Assembly (NCBI GenBank): GCA_001777665.1
Contig: MFEQ01000006.1
Location: forward strand, 24,309-88,308
DNA from: Candidatus Doudnabacteria bacterium RIFCSPHIGHO2_02_FULL_42_25
GTDB taxonomy: Bacteria; Patescibacteriota; Doudnabacteria; UBA920; O2-02-FULL-48-8
Direction: 5' to 3'
DNA: 64,000 nt
Positions 36,680 through 46,735 of this stretch are shown piece by piece. The position numbers were made by a program, and so were the translations under genes. The notes beneath the pieces were generated by a model. That model saw only the letters and a program-made list of their open reading frames with translations, was not told where the DNA came from and searched no databases. The first letter of the stretch is position 1. Each line of letters starts with the position of its first letter.

Positions 36680-37707
36680 TATTCTTTATCTAACGCCAAT
36701 TGGATTAATTTATCTAACAATTTGGAATACGAAATCCCGGCAGCTTTGGCTGATTTCGGAACTAGAGAATTTTCAGTCATTCCAGGAATCGTATTGATCT
36801 CCAAAAAATATATTTGGCCTTTCTGCGTGACAATAAAATCAGACCGAGTGACTCCTCGGCAACCGAGTAACTCATGGACTTCCATGGCAATTATCTGTAA
36901 ATTTTCTGCTAACTTTTTGGGGATTGGAGCAGGAACTATTTCGTCACTAAAGTTCGAATTATATTTGGCTCGAAAATCAAAAAATTCCGAACCACCTTTC
37001 GGCACAATTTCAATTACCGGTAACGCTTGCAGATGCTTATTCCCTAAGACCGGGACAGTTAACTCCCGTCCTTTGATGTACGGTTCTACAATAACTTCCA
37101 GATCATGCTTAAAAGCGTCTTCTAACCCTTTTTTTATTTGATCTTTTTTATCCGAAATTGTGATTCCGATAGATGAACCAATCCGATTGGGCTTGATAAC
37201 AATTTTTCCTTTGAGATTTTTAAGATACTTCTGAGGATTTTTTTTGTAATCTTGTTTGGAAACAACGATATGCGGTGCGACCAAAATTCCCTCTGAAGCA
37301 ACCATTCTTTTAGTTTTGGCTTTATCCATGGCTAAAGCAGAGGCCAGAACTCCAGAACCGGTATATTTTATCTTTAACGATTCTAAAACTCCTTGGATTG
37401 TCCCATCCTCTCCACCTGGTCCATGTAAGGCCAGAAAAGCTAAATCTATATTCGATTCAGAATTTTTATCTATCGGGACAATTGCTCGATTATTCGCAAC
37501 TTTTTTTGTGGAAACTGAATGCTCTAACTGTTTGATCGTTGGGCTGCTGATTAACCATCTGCCTGCTGCGGATATTTCTACTGGAATCAATTCATATTTA
37601 TTCTTATTCAAATTTTGTGCAACATTTTTACCTGACTCTAAAGACACTTCACGTTCCTGTGAAGTCCCACCAAAGATTACAGCAATTTTTAATTTTTTCT
37701 TTGCCAT
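36679..37707 (-). CDS. ddl: D-alanine--D-alanine ligase
   Basis: ATP-grasp Ddl signature (IAVIFGG.S.E.EVSL, GPGGEDG...). Confidence 0.85.
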   Translation of the reverse strand: MAKKKLKIAVIFGGTSQEREVSLESGKNVAQNLNKNKYELIPVEISAAGRWLISSPTIKQLEHSVSTKKVANNRAIVPIDKNSESNIDLAFLALHGPGGEDGTIQGVLESLKIKYTGSGVLASALAMDKAKTKRMVASEGILVAPHIVVSKQDYKKNPQKYLKNLKGKIVIKPNRIGSSIGITISDKKDQIKKGLEDAFKHDLEVIVEPYIKGRELTVPVLGNKHLQALPVIEIVPKGGSEFFDFRAKYNSNFSDEIVPAPIPKKLAENLQIIAMEVHELLGCRGVTRSDFIVTQKGQIYFLEINTIPGMTENSLVPKSAKAAGISYSKLLDKLIQLALDKE

Positions 37708-38831
37708 TATTTTATTGTTCTCGAAATTTCCGGATTAATTCTCGCTACCACTTCATAATTTATCGTCCCGATTTGTTTAGCGATTTCATCAGCAGATATC
37801 ACTTCTTTCGCTTGTGATCCAATCAAAACCACTTCGTCTCCAACCTTAACTTTCTTTACATCAGTCACATCTACCATGGTTAAATTCATACAGACCCGAC
37901 CCAAAATCTTACAGCGTTTACCACCGATTAACACATGTCCTATGTTTGAGAGTCCACGATCATAGCCTTCAGCATAGCCAATTGGTAGCACGGCTAGCGT
38001 AGTGGTTCGATGAGTTTGGTAAGATTTACCATAACCAATATACACCTTAGCACCAATCTTCTTCAGTTGAATTATTTTCGTTTTCCAGCTAAGAGCAGCT
38101 TTCAATTCGAAGTTAGGATAGCTTTTTAAAGTATGGCGTTTAGCCTGTTCTGATGGCCAAAGCCCATAGAGCCCTATCCCCAATCGAATCGCACTCCTGT
38201 GGCTAGTTTTGAACACTAGGGATGCTGCAGAGCAGGCAATGTGGCTGATTTTAGGCTCTAACCCGGCTCGATAAAGCTCGAACAGAATTTGGTCAAATAA
38301 GTTTATTTGCTCAGTAGTAAAATCAATGTCTTCTTCTGATGCTGCCAAGTGACTAAATACTCCCTCGACTTCTATGTTTGAAAACTTTCCGACCGCTAGA
38401 GCAAATTGGATAATTTGATTTTCTAGCACTCCAAGCCTGTGAGTGCCGATATCAACCTTGAGATGAATTTTGGCTTTCTTTTTTAGTTTTCGCGCGCTCT
38501 GGTCAATAACTTTCGCTTGTTTCAAATCGTAAACGATCAGTGAAATATTATGTTTGATAGCCTCACCGACTAAATCCAAATCATAGTAGCTCAAAACCAA
38601 AATTGGTTTTTTTATCCCCGCTTTGCGCAAAACCAAAGCTTCATCGAGATTCACAGTCGCAAACCAATCCGTTGTTTGCTCAATAGCTCGGGCAACTTCA
38701 ACAATGCCGTGGCCGTAGGCATTACTTTTAACCACAGACATGATTTGAGAACCTTTGGTAATGTTTTTAAATTGCCGCAAATTATGCAGCAAGTTTTGCT
38801 TGCTGATGACTACTTGAGAGGAGGATGACAT
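37707..38831 (-). CDS. alr: Alanine racemase
   Basis: PLP-binding VVKSNAYGHG motif; 374 aa. Confidence 0.8.
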   Translation of the reverse strand: MSSSSQVVISKQNLLHNLRQFKNITKGSQIMSVVKSNAYGHGIVEVARAIEQTTDWFATVNLDEALVLRKAGIKKPILVLSYYDLDLVGEAIKHNISLIVYDLKQAKVIDQSARKLKKKAKIHLKVDIGTHRLGVLENQIIQFALAVGKFSNIEVEGVFSHLAASEEDIDFTTEQINLFDQILFELYRAGLEPKISHIACSAASLVFKTSHRSAIRLGIGLYGLWPSEQAKRHTLKSYPNFELKAALSWKTKIIQLKKIGAKVYIGYGKSYQTHRTTTLAVLPIGYAEGYDRGLSNIGHVLIGGKRCKILGRVCMNLTMVDVTDVKKVKVGDEVVLIGSQAKEVISADEIAKQIGTINYEVVARINPEISRTIK

Positions 38832-40132
38832 TATTGCTTTTTGATTACATCAGAACCGATAAATGGAATCAGGACTTTTGGCACCCGGATTGAACCATCT
38901 TCCATTTGATTGTTTTCCATAATCGCAATCGGGATGCGAGACATAGCAATCCCGGTCGCATCATTGGTATGCGCATACTCGCTAGACCCGTCTGCTCGTT
39001 TGATTCGGATATTCAACCTTCTGGCTTGATAATCTGTCATGTAATCAGCGCTGTGCGTTTCTCGATATTTTTTTTGCCCAGGCAGCCATGTTTCGATATC
39101 AACCTGTCTGGCATTTGGTTTACCCATGTCGCCTGTGGAATTGATCACAACCTGGTAGGGTAATTCTAATTGTTGCATCAAATACTCCTGAACCGCTACC
39201 AAAAATTTGTGTTCTGCCAAAGAATTCGCTGCAGAGGTAAATGATTCCATTTCGACTTTATCGAATTGATGGACGCGGAGCATGCCTTTCGTATCTTTTC
39301 CGTATGACCCAGCCTCGCGTCGAAAACAAGTCGAAAATCCGACATAGCGCAGCGGGATGTCTTTTTCATTGATCGATTCGTCCATGTGCATGGCGACCAG
39401 TGTATGTTCAGCGCTGCCGATGAGATAAAGTTCGTCCTTCGCCATTTTGTATTTCTCATCTTCGTCCTGGGGGCTCAAGCGTCCAGTTCTAGTATAGACA
39501 TCGGGTTTGATCATGACTGGCGGCAAGACTGGGATAAATGGTTTCGGGCTGACCCCGACTGATCCTGCAATCTGTTGAATTATTTGGGGATCAGTTAAAG
39601 CTTTAAATGCAAACTGCATCAGCGCTGCATCCAGCATGGCTGCACCACCTTTTTTGAATCCAAATCTGGCTCCAGAAATTTTCACAGCCCGGGTCATGTC
39701 GATAATATCCAAAGCTTCACCGAGTTGCAGGTGATCTTTCGGCTCAAATTTAAATTCAGTGGGCTCGCCCCATTTTTTCAAAACTTGATTCTCTGTTTCA
39801 TCCGCTCCCACTGGCACATCAGGCAGCGGAATGTTTGGAATTTCCTGCATCGCAACCAACCACTGGGCTTCTATTTCTTTCAGTTCCGTTTCTTTCATGC
39901 CCAGCATCTCTTTTAGCTTTTTGCTTTCCTCGATCAGATCTTCTTTCTTTTCTTTCTGCAGGTCCGCGGTAATTTCATTTCGTCTGCTCCGAATAGCTTC
40001 GGATTCGATAATCAGTTTCCGGCGTTGATCATCCAAAGTTAAAGCATGGTCCAAATTTGCGTTGGAATTTTTGTTTTTTATAGCTGCCCTGACTTTATCT
40101 AGATTTTCTCTTATAAATTTGATATCAAGCAT
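38831..40132 (-). CDS. serS: Serine--tRNA ligase
   Basis: Coiled-coil N-terminus MLDIKFIRENLDKV and class II core. Confidence 0.85.
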   Translation of the reverse strand: MLDIKFIRENLDKVRAAIKNKNSNANLDHALTLDDQRRKLIIESEAIRSRRNEITADLQKEKKEDLIEESKKLKEMLGMKETELKEIEAQWLVAMQEIPNIPLPDVPVGADETENQVLKKWGEPTEFKFEPKDHLQLGEALDIIDMTRAVKISGARFGFKKGGAAMLDAALMQFAFKALTDPQIIQQIAGSVGVSPKPFIPVLPPVMIKPDVYTRTGRLSPQDEDEKYKMAKDELYLIGSAEHTLVAMHMDESINEKDIPLRYVGFSTCFRREAGSYGKDTKGMLRVHQFDKVEMESFTSAANSLAEHKFLVAVQEYLMQQLELPYQVVINSTGDMGKPNARQVDIETWLPGQKKYRETHSADYMTDYQARRLNIRIKRADGSSEYAHTNDATGIAMSRIPIAIMENNQMEDGSIRVPKVLIPFIGSDVIKKQ

Positions 40133-40730
40133 ATTCTTTCTTTATTTCCTTAAAAATATTTTTAATCTTCTCAAACGCATGGCGACGCACGTTCATGATG
40201 TCGTATTCGGAATCTTTCAATTCACACACAAATTTTCCATAGTTCGGAAGGTAGATCACAGAATCGTACGGATAACCTTCTGTTATTTTACTAGAGTGCT
40301 GCTCGCCTACTACTCCTTCCACAGTCGCATCCGAGGTAAAAATCCCAAATGGTGTGGCTAGGGCCAGCACAACCGTGAATCGACAACCTCGTTCTTCTTT
40401 CGGTACATCTTTCATTCTTTTGATAACTTCTGACACGATTTCATGGTCAGTCATTTCTCTACCGATCCATCTTTTACTTTTGATTCCTGGTTCCATATTC
40501 AGTGCGACAATTTCCATACCCCCGTCATCTACTAAAGACGGTAATCCCGATTTTTGAAAATAATATTTAGCTTTGGCTATAGCTTGTTCCTCGAAATTTC
40601 TGCCAACTTCTTCAGGTGATGGAATTTTTAAATCTTTCGATGTTACAACTTCAAAATCGAAATCTTTGAGAAATTCCCGATAAGTATCCAGTTTCGCACT
40701 ATTGCCAGTGCCTATTAATAGTTTATTCAT
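40125..40730 (-). CDS. rdgB: Non-canonical purine NTP pyrophosphatase (RdgB/HAM1)
   Basis: IGTGNSAKL N-terminal motif; 201 aa. Confidence 0.6.
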   Translation of the reverse strand: MNKLLIGTGNSAKLDTYREFLKDFDFEVVTSKDLKIPSPEEVGRNFEEQAIAKAKYYFQKSGLPSLVDDGGMEIVALNMEPGIKSKRWIGREMTDHEIVSEVIKRMKDVPKEERGCRFTVVLALATPFGIFTSDATVEGVVGEQHSSKITEGYPYDSVIYLPNYGKFVCELKDSEYDIMNVRRHAFEKIKNIFKEIKKEYA

Positions 40731-40739
40731 ACGATTATT

Positions 40740-41159
40740 TTAACTATCGAAATAATTTCTTCCGGTTTTATAAGATTCTACAGAAAGCTCACACATATAA
40801 AACATTGGGGTCGGCAATTTATCAATCTCGTACCAATTCCATTCTTCGCATTTGTCTGGCTCTAAAACTTTTGGCTCTCCACTTTTCCAATCAGCTATCA
40901 ACCCAATATGGCAATAGTGCTTATTGGCATATTTTTTTATATTCGCTAAAAATTGAAATCTAATATTTTCAATTTCAATTCCCGTTTCCTCTTTAACTTC
41001 TCTAATTGCACATCCTTCAAAGGATTCTGTATATTCCAAATGCCCACCTGGCCAAGCGTACTCACCTGATCCATGGGCGTTTTTTCTCTTACCCATCAAA
41101 ACCATTCGATCCTTAAAAATCATAACGCCAATTCCAACTTTTGGACGGTTTTCATCCAT
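40740..41159 (-). CDS. NUDIX hydrolase
   Basis: Nudix box GHLEYTESFEGCAIREVKEETGI. Confidence 0.7.
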   Translation of the reverse strand: MDENRPKVGIGVMIFKDRMVLMGKRKNAHGSGEYAWPGGHLEYTESFEGCAIREVKEETGIEIENIRFQFLANIKKYANKHYCHIGLIADWKSGEPKVLEPDKCEEWNWYEIDKLPTPMFYMCELSVESYKTGRNYFDS

Positions 41160-41160
41160 A

Positions 41161-42633
41161 TTATTGCTCTTTCATTGGTGGGAAAATTACGGTTTCCCGC
41201 ATTGGTTTATTCATAATTACTGAAAAAAATCTTTCGCTCATCCCAAACCCGACAGCCGGTGGCATGCCATACTCGAGAGCTTCGACATAATCAGCGTCCA
41301 ACATCTGGGCTTCCTTGTCTCCCGCTTCGCGTAATTTCATTTGCTCTTGGAATCTCTGCATTTGATATAGCGGATCGTTGACTTCGGAGAAGCCATTGCC
41401 CAATTCAGTTTTCGCCGCTAACACTTGAAAGCGCAAACTTTTCTTGGAATTTACAGGGTCAACTTTGGCCAATGGGGATAATTCAAACGGATGCCCGACT
41501 AAGAAACATGGTTGAACCAGCTTTTGGCGCACTGTTCGCTTATATATAGAATCAATCAATTTTCCTCTGCCCCAATTCTTATCATACGGAGCACCAAGTG
41601 CATCTGCTTTTTTTTGTAAATCCGCGATTGTAGCAGAATTCAAATCCAATCCAGTCTCTTTTTTAAACACCTCGAAGTAATCTAGTCTAGGCCATCCGCC
41701 AGCTGGCGGATTTCCCCAATCAATTTTTTGCTCCTCATATTCTGTCACGAGTCCGCCCGTAACGTTTTTAATCACTTCTTTAAACATTTCTTCGACTAAC
41801 TTCATCCCTTTTTCATGATCAGCAAATGCCCAATAGAATTCCATGTCATCGTATTCCTGCAAATGTTCCCGATCAATCCCTTCGTTCCGGAACAATCTAC
41901 CAATTTCAAAAACTTTTTCATAACCCCCGACCAGTAATCTTTTGAGTGGTAACTCCAAAGAGATCCGTAAATAAAAATCTCGATCAAGTGCATTATGATG
42001 GGTCATGAACGGTTCCGCATCTGCTCCTCCAGGTACGTTTTCCAAAACTGGTGTCCAGACTTCCAAAAAATCTTTTTTGATCATAAAGTTTCGGATAGTT
42101 TGCCAGAAAAGCGCTTTTTTCCGAAACATTTCTTTGGTTTCTGGATTCATGAGCAAATCCAAATATCGTTTGCGGAGACGAGTTTCAGTATCTTTCAATC
42201 CGAAATATTCTTGTGAAATCGGGCGGATCGATTTCGTGAGTAATTTGTAATCTAATGTCTGAAGAGTTTTTTCGCCGGTTTTTGACAGCTCCAAAAACCC
42301 AGTGACTTCGATAAAATCCCCTATATCAAAAAAGTTTCGGAAATCACCGAACATTTGCTCACCGAGAGTTTCGGAACGGAGCATGAATTGGATCGAGTCC
42401 GATGAATCTTCGAGATTGCCAAAAGTTAATTTGCCATGAGTGCGAATTGATCGAATTCTCCCGGTGATGGTGATCTCTTTTTTTGTACTCGAAAGTAAAT
42501 CGAACTGTTCCAATGCAGAACCTATCAAATGCGTGCGATGTGATTCGACTGGATAGGGATCAATCCCTGATTTTTTAAGTTGTTCTAATTTTTGTATCCG
42601 AACTTGTCGGAGCTCTTCGATCTTCTCAGTCAT
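41161..42633 (-). CDS. lysS: Lysine--tRNA ligase (class II)
   Basis: N-terminal OB-fold MTEKIEELRQVRIQKL and class II motifs. Contains an 18-mer atccgccagctggcggat (41694-41711) also found intergenically at 63774-63791. Confidence 0.85.
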   Translation of the reverse strand: MTEKIEELRQVRIQKLEQLKKSGIDPYPVESHRTHLIGSALEQFDLLSSTKKEITITGRIRSIRTHGKLTFGNLEDSSDSIQFMLRSETLGEQMFGDFRNFFDIGDFIEVTGFLELSKTGEKTLQTLDYKLLTKSIRPISQEYFGLKDTETRLRKRYLDLLMNPETKEMFRKKALFWQTIRNFMIKKDFLEVWTPVLENVPGGADAEPFMTHHNALDRDFYLRISLELPLKRLLVGGYEKVFEIGRLFRNEGIDREHLQEYDDMEFYWAFADHEKGMKLVEEMFKEVIKNVTGGLVTEYEEQKIDWGNPPAGGWPRLDYFEVFKKETGLDLNSATIADLQKKADALGAPYDKNWGRGKLIDSIYKRTVRQKLVQPCFLVGHPFELSPLAKVDPVNSKKSLRFQVLAAKTELGNGFSEVNDPLYQMQRFQEQMKLREAGDKEAQMLDADYVEALEYGMPPAVGFGMSERFFSVIMNKPMRETVIFPPMKEQ

Positions 42634-42707
42634 AATTTACGAAATTAGTAAATTCGTACCAATTAGTAATTAGTAAAGCTCAATAATTATACAATAAACC
42701 CCTAGTA

Positions 42708-42736
42708 TTGACAAATTGCCAAGAAGAATGTATTAT
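42708..42736 (+). promoter_or_regulatory. Sigma70-like promoter of GC island (TTGACA-17-TATTAT)
   Basis: TTGACA 42708-42713, TATTAT 42731-42736, GGAGG 42760-42764, ATG 42771. Confidence 0.55.
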
Positions 42737-42770
42737 ATTGTGTTCTACTGCTGAAAATTGGAGGATTTTC

Positions 42771-43031
42771 ATGAGACGAAAAGGAAAAAACCACATCTGT
42801 GAAGACCACAGTTCGTGGTTGAGTATGCGGAACACGGGGGTCTGTCACGTCGAGTTACGTGGATCCAGGGCCTACCTCAGCGTGGCCTACTACAACGGCA
42901 CGACGTGGCTGCCTAAATTGGTCAGAATCCACTTCTGCCCTTTCTGCGCTAAACCTCTGGGGAAGAGGAAGGTGCGCAAGCTCCGCAAGACAGGGACGAA
43001 GTCGCTTCACTCCCGCCCCCTCTCGAAGTAG
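42771..43031 (+). CDS. GC-rich small ORF (86 aa), putative zinc-ribbon protein (HICEDH...CPFC)
   Basis: ORF with SD. Cys/His pairs; basic C-terminal tail KRKVRKLRKTGTK. Confidence 0.45.
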   Translation: MRRKGKNHICEDHSSWLSMRNTGVCHVELRGSRAYLSVAYYNGTTWLPKLVRIHFCPFCAKPLGKRKVRKLRKTGTKSLHSRPLSK

Positions 43032-43050
43032 TATCCACTCTACTTCGCTG

Positions 43051-43092
43051 CCGAAATCGCGTTGGGCGCCAGCTCGACGCGATTTTTCTTTT
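43051..43092 (+). terminator. Intrinsic terminator of the 42771 island
   Basis: gaaatcgcg...cgcgatttttctttt. Confidence 0.6.
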
Positions 43093-43123
43093 AAGCTTCA
43101 CAATTTTAACTTGCCGCGGTCAT

Positions 43124-43157
43124 GTACCTATTTGCCCCATATGGGACAAATAGGTAC
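43124..43157. repeat. 34-bp near-perfect palindrome gtacctatttgccccATATGggacaaataggtac (variant of CATATG-core family)
   Basis: One mismatch. Same architecture: ACCTA..TTGCCC-CATATG-GGGCAA..TAGGT. Confidence 0.8.
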
Positions 43158-43163
43158 CCCTGC

Positions 43164-43195
43164 AACATAAAAGGTGCGATCGCACCTTTTATGTT
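43164..43195. repeat. Perfect 32-bp palindrome aacataaaaggtGCGATCGCaccttttatgtt
   Basis: Self-complementary. Paired with the preceding palindrome exactly as at 12878/12926. Confidence 0.85.
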
Positions 43196-43211
43196 CACTT
43201 CTTATTTTATT

Positions 43212-43463
43212 TCATTTTAGCTTATCATAAACGCCTTGATAGTTTACGTCAGTGGAACTATTAAGTTCGTTTTGGATCTCGATTTCATGTTCGCGCTCTG
43301 ATTTCGCGGCATCCTCTGCTTGCTTCACAGCATCATTCCCTGCTTCAATCTGGTTTTTGTCGCGACCAAAAAAACTTTTGCCACCGAAAACAATGAGTGC
43401 AATAATCGCGATGGCTATCAAAAGCCCTATTAGTCCAAAACCTTTTTCCTTTAGATTCCGCAT
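43212..43463 (-). CDS. Prepilin-type (type IV pilin/pseudopilin-like) small protein
   Basis: N-terminus MRNLKEKGFGLIGLLIAIAIIALIV resembles the class III signal/methylation motif (with Gly at +5). Confidence 0.45.
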   Translation of the reverse strand: MRNLKEKGFGLIGLLIAIAIIALIVFGGKSFFGRDKNQIEAGNDAVKQAEDAAKSEREHEIEIQNELNSSTDVNYQGVYDKLK

Positions 43464-44362
43464 AGTTTTTTAACTTCAAATATATCTTGTGATGTTGCTC
43501 TTTCGTTATCCCCGCTATTTAGTCTATACATTATAGCATCTGGATTCGAGTCGATGTGTTCTAGCCCCAGTGCATGGCCTAGTTCGTGAGCTAAAACCCT
43601 AACCAGTCGTTCTTTGGAATCAAATTCATAAATATCAATTTGTTTGTTGCGCCCGCTTTCGATATATACACCCTCTTCAAACTCCCCGCCGCGGGACTCG
43701 CCGATGTTATTATAGGTATCGACATTCAAATTCAAACTTGCTGCCATCCTATTTAGCACATCTACTACGGCATTAATGTCATTGACCAAACTATTCACAA
43801 TCGCTTGATCGCTATTTATTTTTGCAGCAAGTGCATTAAGCGCATCTCGTTCTTTATTAAGCTTGGTCACGACATTACTTGGAGCACCTCCTTGATCATT
43901 CCATTTTTTTACTTCATCTTCGTACGCTTTTTTTCTGACATTATAAGAAGCAATTTGGGATTCTAAATTTACTTTCAGAAAAGAATAATCTGATGTCATT
44001 TGATTATAGCGCTGTTTCAATAAATCATAAGAGCTTTGCGTATTGTCAATATTGTATCCTAAATCTCTTAATTTATCTGTGGCTTGCTGGCGATAATCGT
44101 AAATCAGATTTATTTTCAAACGGCCTTGGGCATTATAAGCAAATAAATCCTTATTGACTGACGATTCCCAAATATTTACGGCTTGGTCGATAACTTGCAA
44201 ATATTCTGTTTGTGACAATCCAAACCCAGAATCAATCGTACCGATACTATATTCAATCGGTTTACTACAGGGTTTTGTAAACAAACCGAAATAGGCCTGG
44301 CCATAATAAACCACGCCTCCGAGTACAGCGACTATAATTAAACTACCTATAACTTTTTTCAT
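43451..44362 (-). CDS. Membrane-anchored metzincin-like zinc metalloprotease
   Basis: HELGHALGLEH (HExxHxxGxxH). N-terminal TM helix. Confidence 0.55.
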   Translation of the reverse strand: MKKVIGSLIIVAVLGGVVYYGQAYFGLFTKPCSKPIEYSIGTIDSGFGLSQTEYLQVIDQAVNIWESSVNKDLFAYNAQGRLKINLIYDYRQQATDKLRDLGYNIDNTQSSYDLLKQRYNQMTSDYSFLKVNLESQIASYNVRKKAYEDEVKKWNDQGGAPSNVVTKLNKERDALNALAAKINSDQAIVNSLVNDINAVVDVLNRMAASLNLNVDTYNNIGESRGGEFEEGVYIESGRNKQIDIYEFDSKERLVRVLAHELGHALGLEHIDSNPDAIMYRLNSGDNERATSQDIFEVKKLCGI

Positions 44363-44886
44363 TTAAGTAATGGTGCGAACTTTGTTCGAAGCTTAGCAAT
44401 CTTTGGACTGATCACGAGCTGGCAATAAGGTTTATTTTGATTTTGATCATAATATCGTCGATGGTAACTTTCTGCTGGCCAAAATTTGTTTAAAGCCGAG
44501 ACTTCTGTGACAACAGGGTCATCGTATACTTCATCGTCTTCTAACTGTTTGATAAAAGCTAGAGCCACATTGCGTTGTGTTTCGTTGGTGTAAAAAACTG
44601 CTGAACGATACTGCGTCCCGACATCATTACCCTGTCTATTTAGAGTGGTTGGATCATGTGTAGCAAAGAAGACATTCAGCAAATCTTTATATTTAACGAT
44701 AGAATCATCAAAACGTATCTCGATCGCTTCCGCGTGTCCAGTATTACCCCCGGAAACCTCTTCGTATGTCGGATTGGCAGTAGCTCCTCCAGCATACCCG
44801 GATTCAACTGCTTCAACTCCTTTCAAACGACTAAAAATCGCTTCCGTGCACCAAAAACATCCACCTCCAAATACTGCTGTTTCCAT
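44359..44886 (-). CDS. msrA: Peptide methionine sulfoxide reductase A
   Basis: GGGCFWC active site. Confidence 0.85.
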   Translation of the reverse strand: METAVFGGGCFWCTEAIFSRLKGVEAVESGYAGGATANPTYEEVSGGNTGHAEAIEIRFDDSIVKYKDLLNVFFATHDPTTLNRQGNDVGTQYRSAVFYTNETQRNVALAFIKQLEDDEVYDDPVVTEVSALNKFWPAESYHRRYYDQNQNKPYCQLVISPKIAKLRTKFAPLLK

Positions 44887-45365
44887 TATCGTATAACCTC
44901 CACTAGAAAATATATAAACATACTTACCCCAACAATTAGCTTAAATGCTGAACCAATAACCAATCCAAACATGGATGCGATGGCAACTTTCAGAGCGTGA
45001 TCCGTGGTCGCCGCGTTCATCATCTCCCCTATAAACGCTCCTACAAAGGGCCCGAGCAAAATGCCGATTGGACCTAGGACAAAAATCCCAAGAATGCCGC
45101 CGATCAATGCGCCCATAACTCCTAATTTCGATGCTTTCCGGCCTTTGGCCGCAATCGCTGGGGCAATCACGTCCACTATAATTGTGAGGAGAATTAATAC
45201 CCCAAATACCACGATCCCCCAAACTGGAATCGATTTAGTAATTATAGCAAACAAAATCAGCGCCCCTAATGCCAAAGGCAGTCCTGGCAAGAACGGTAGG
45301 ACTGCCCCAAGAGTACCGAGTACAATTAAGAAACCACAAATTACTGCCCAAACTAATTCATTCAT
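44886..45365 (-). CDS. DUF456-family membrane protein
   Basis: Four TM helices, Gly-rich pattern typical of DUF456. Confidence 0.45.
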   Translation of the reverse strand: MNELVWAVICGFLIVLGTLGAVLPFLPGLPLALGALILFAIITKSIPVWGIVVFGVLILLTIIVDVIAPAIAAKGRKASKLGVMGALIGGILGIFVLGPIGILLGPFVGAFIGEMMNAATTDHALKVAIASMFGLVIGSAFKLIVGVSMFIYFLVEVIR

Positions 45366-46735
45366 TATCTAATCGATTTTTCCATGGGCATGATATCCAT
45401 GATTGGTTGCTGCGCATCCAAAACTTCTTTGATCAACGGCACGATAACGTTTTGGGTGTAATAATCAGTTGGTTGATTTGTGACTGGGAACACGAGACTA
45501 GGAACGTACAAATCTTTTGTTTGATTATTGATCGTTTGCCACATTCGGACGTACTCGATTTTGGGTGTACCCAATTCTACAGTAACTGTTTTCGCATCAG
45601 GTTCTATTACTTCGTTAGCGAGTGGCATATAAGAGCGGAATCCGCCATTTTCAGCAATTTTCATCAACCGTGCTGTATCTTTTTCAGTTGGATAAGCAGA
45701 TGCTTGAAATCGTTGGGAGGTTATCTCACCGACAGAAGTTACTTGTTTGGTTCGAGCATTGATAGAAACAAACATTCCAGTTTTATTTCCACCTTCGTCC
45801 ATGACTTCGTTGCCTTCAATTTTTATCGGATAGACCACCGAAACCGCGTCAGGAACATAGAGTGAATTTTTATCAGTAGCACGCTCATACATTATGCGCC
45901 AATAATTTTGAACAACTGGAGTGCCATAGTTTTCTTTAGAGATTCCATATTCGTTCAAAAATTGATCAGCGATAGCGATTGCTTCTTCATCGGAAGGCAC
46001 TTCCCCCATTGATGTTGGTTGAGAATAATCAAGCATCGGCCATCTCTCCCAATTTTGACTAATGTATAAGGTTCCCTGTTTTAGATCCATATCTATCGCG
46101 TATCCTTGGTCACGATTCTCGGAAGCCCGAAGATAATCGACAGTGGCACTCTGAAATTTGGAAATATTGAATAGTCCAATATCAAATCGTTCCAGGAATG
46201 AGGCTAAATCTGCGCCTGCCCCAAACCCTTTTTGTCGTTCATAAACATCCATTTGATCTGAATCCACAGTGATAGGTTCGCCGTTGTACACATATTTGAA
46301 ATAAGTAGGATACCAAATCGCTGGAGTTGCAACTCCTGTCCCACCACCGCCCATTCCCACAGCCGGTTCTGTACCGGGTGCCATCATTTTGGCATCAGCA
46401 GAAAGCGACATATTCTCAGCCCCTCCGCCGCCACCCTGGCCGCGTCCAACTGCATTCAAAGTATTGAGTTGACCGAAAGCATTGCTGCCGACTCGAATGA
46501 TTTCTTGTTTACCGCCAAGCAATTGCTGGGTAGTATTTTGGTTGTTAGGTTTGACCACTAACATAATGACCGCAACGACAGCTATCGCCGAAATCGGCAA
46601 AAGCATTTTTAAATTGAACCGATCCATAAATTTTCCTTTCGTGAGTAGAACGTATAAATTATTTTTGAAACGAGGATCAACTTGAGTATTTGGTTTTGCT
46701 TTTGATAGAAGATTTTCGATGTCATTGATACTCAT
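45365..46735 (-). CDS. Membrane-anchored protein with large extracytoplasmic domain; putative anti-sigma factor (by position downstream of the ECF sigma)
   Basis: Short cytoplasmic N-terminus, one TM (LLPISAIAVVAVIMLVV), 4-nt overlap with the sigma gene. Confidence 0.35.
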   Translation of the reverse strand: MSINDIENLLSKAKPNTQVDPRFKNNLYVLLTKGKFMDRFNLKMLLPISAIAVVAVIMLVVKPNNQNTTQQLLGGKQEIIRVGSNAFGQLNTLNAVGRGQGGGGGAENMSLSADAKMMAPGTEPAVGMGGGGTGVATPAIWYPTYFKYVYNGEPITVDSDQMDVYERQKGFGAGADLASFLERFDIGLFNISKFQSATVDYLRASENRDQGYAIDMDLKQGTLYISQNWERWPMLDYSQPTSMGEVPSDEEAIAIADQFLNEYGISKENYGTPVVQNYWRIMYERATDKNSLYVPDAVSVVYPIKIEGNEVMDEGGNKTGMFVSINARTKQVTSVGEITSQRFQASAYPTEKDTARLMKIAENGGFRSYMPLANEVIEPDAKTVTVELGTPKIEYVRMWQTINNQTKDLYVPSLVFPVTNQPTDYYTQNVIVPLIKEVLDAQQPIMDIMPMEKSIR

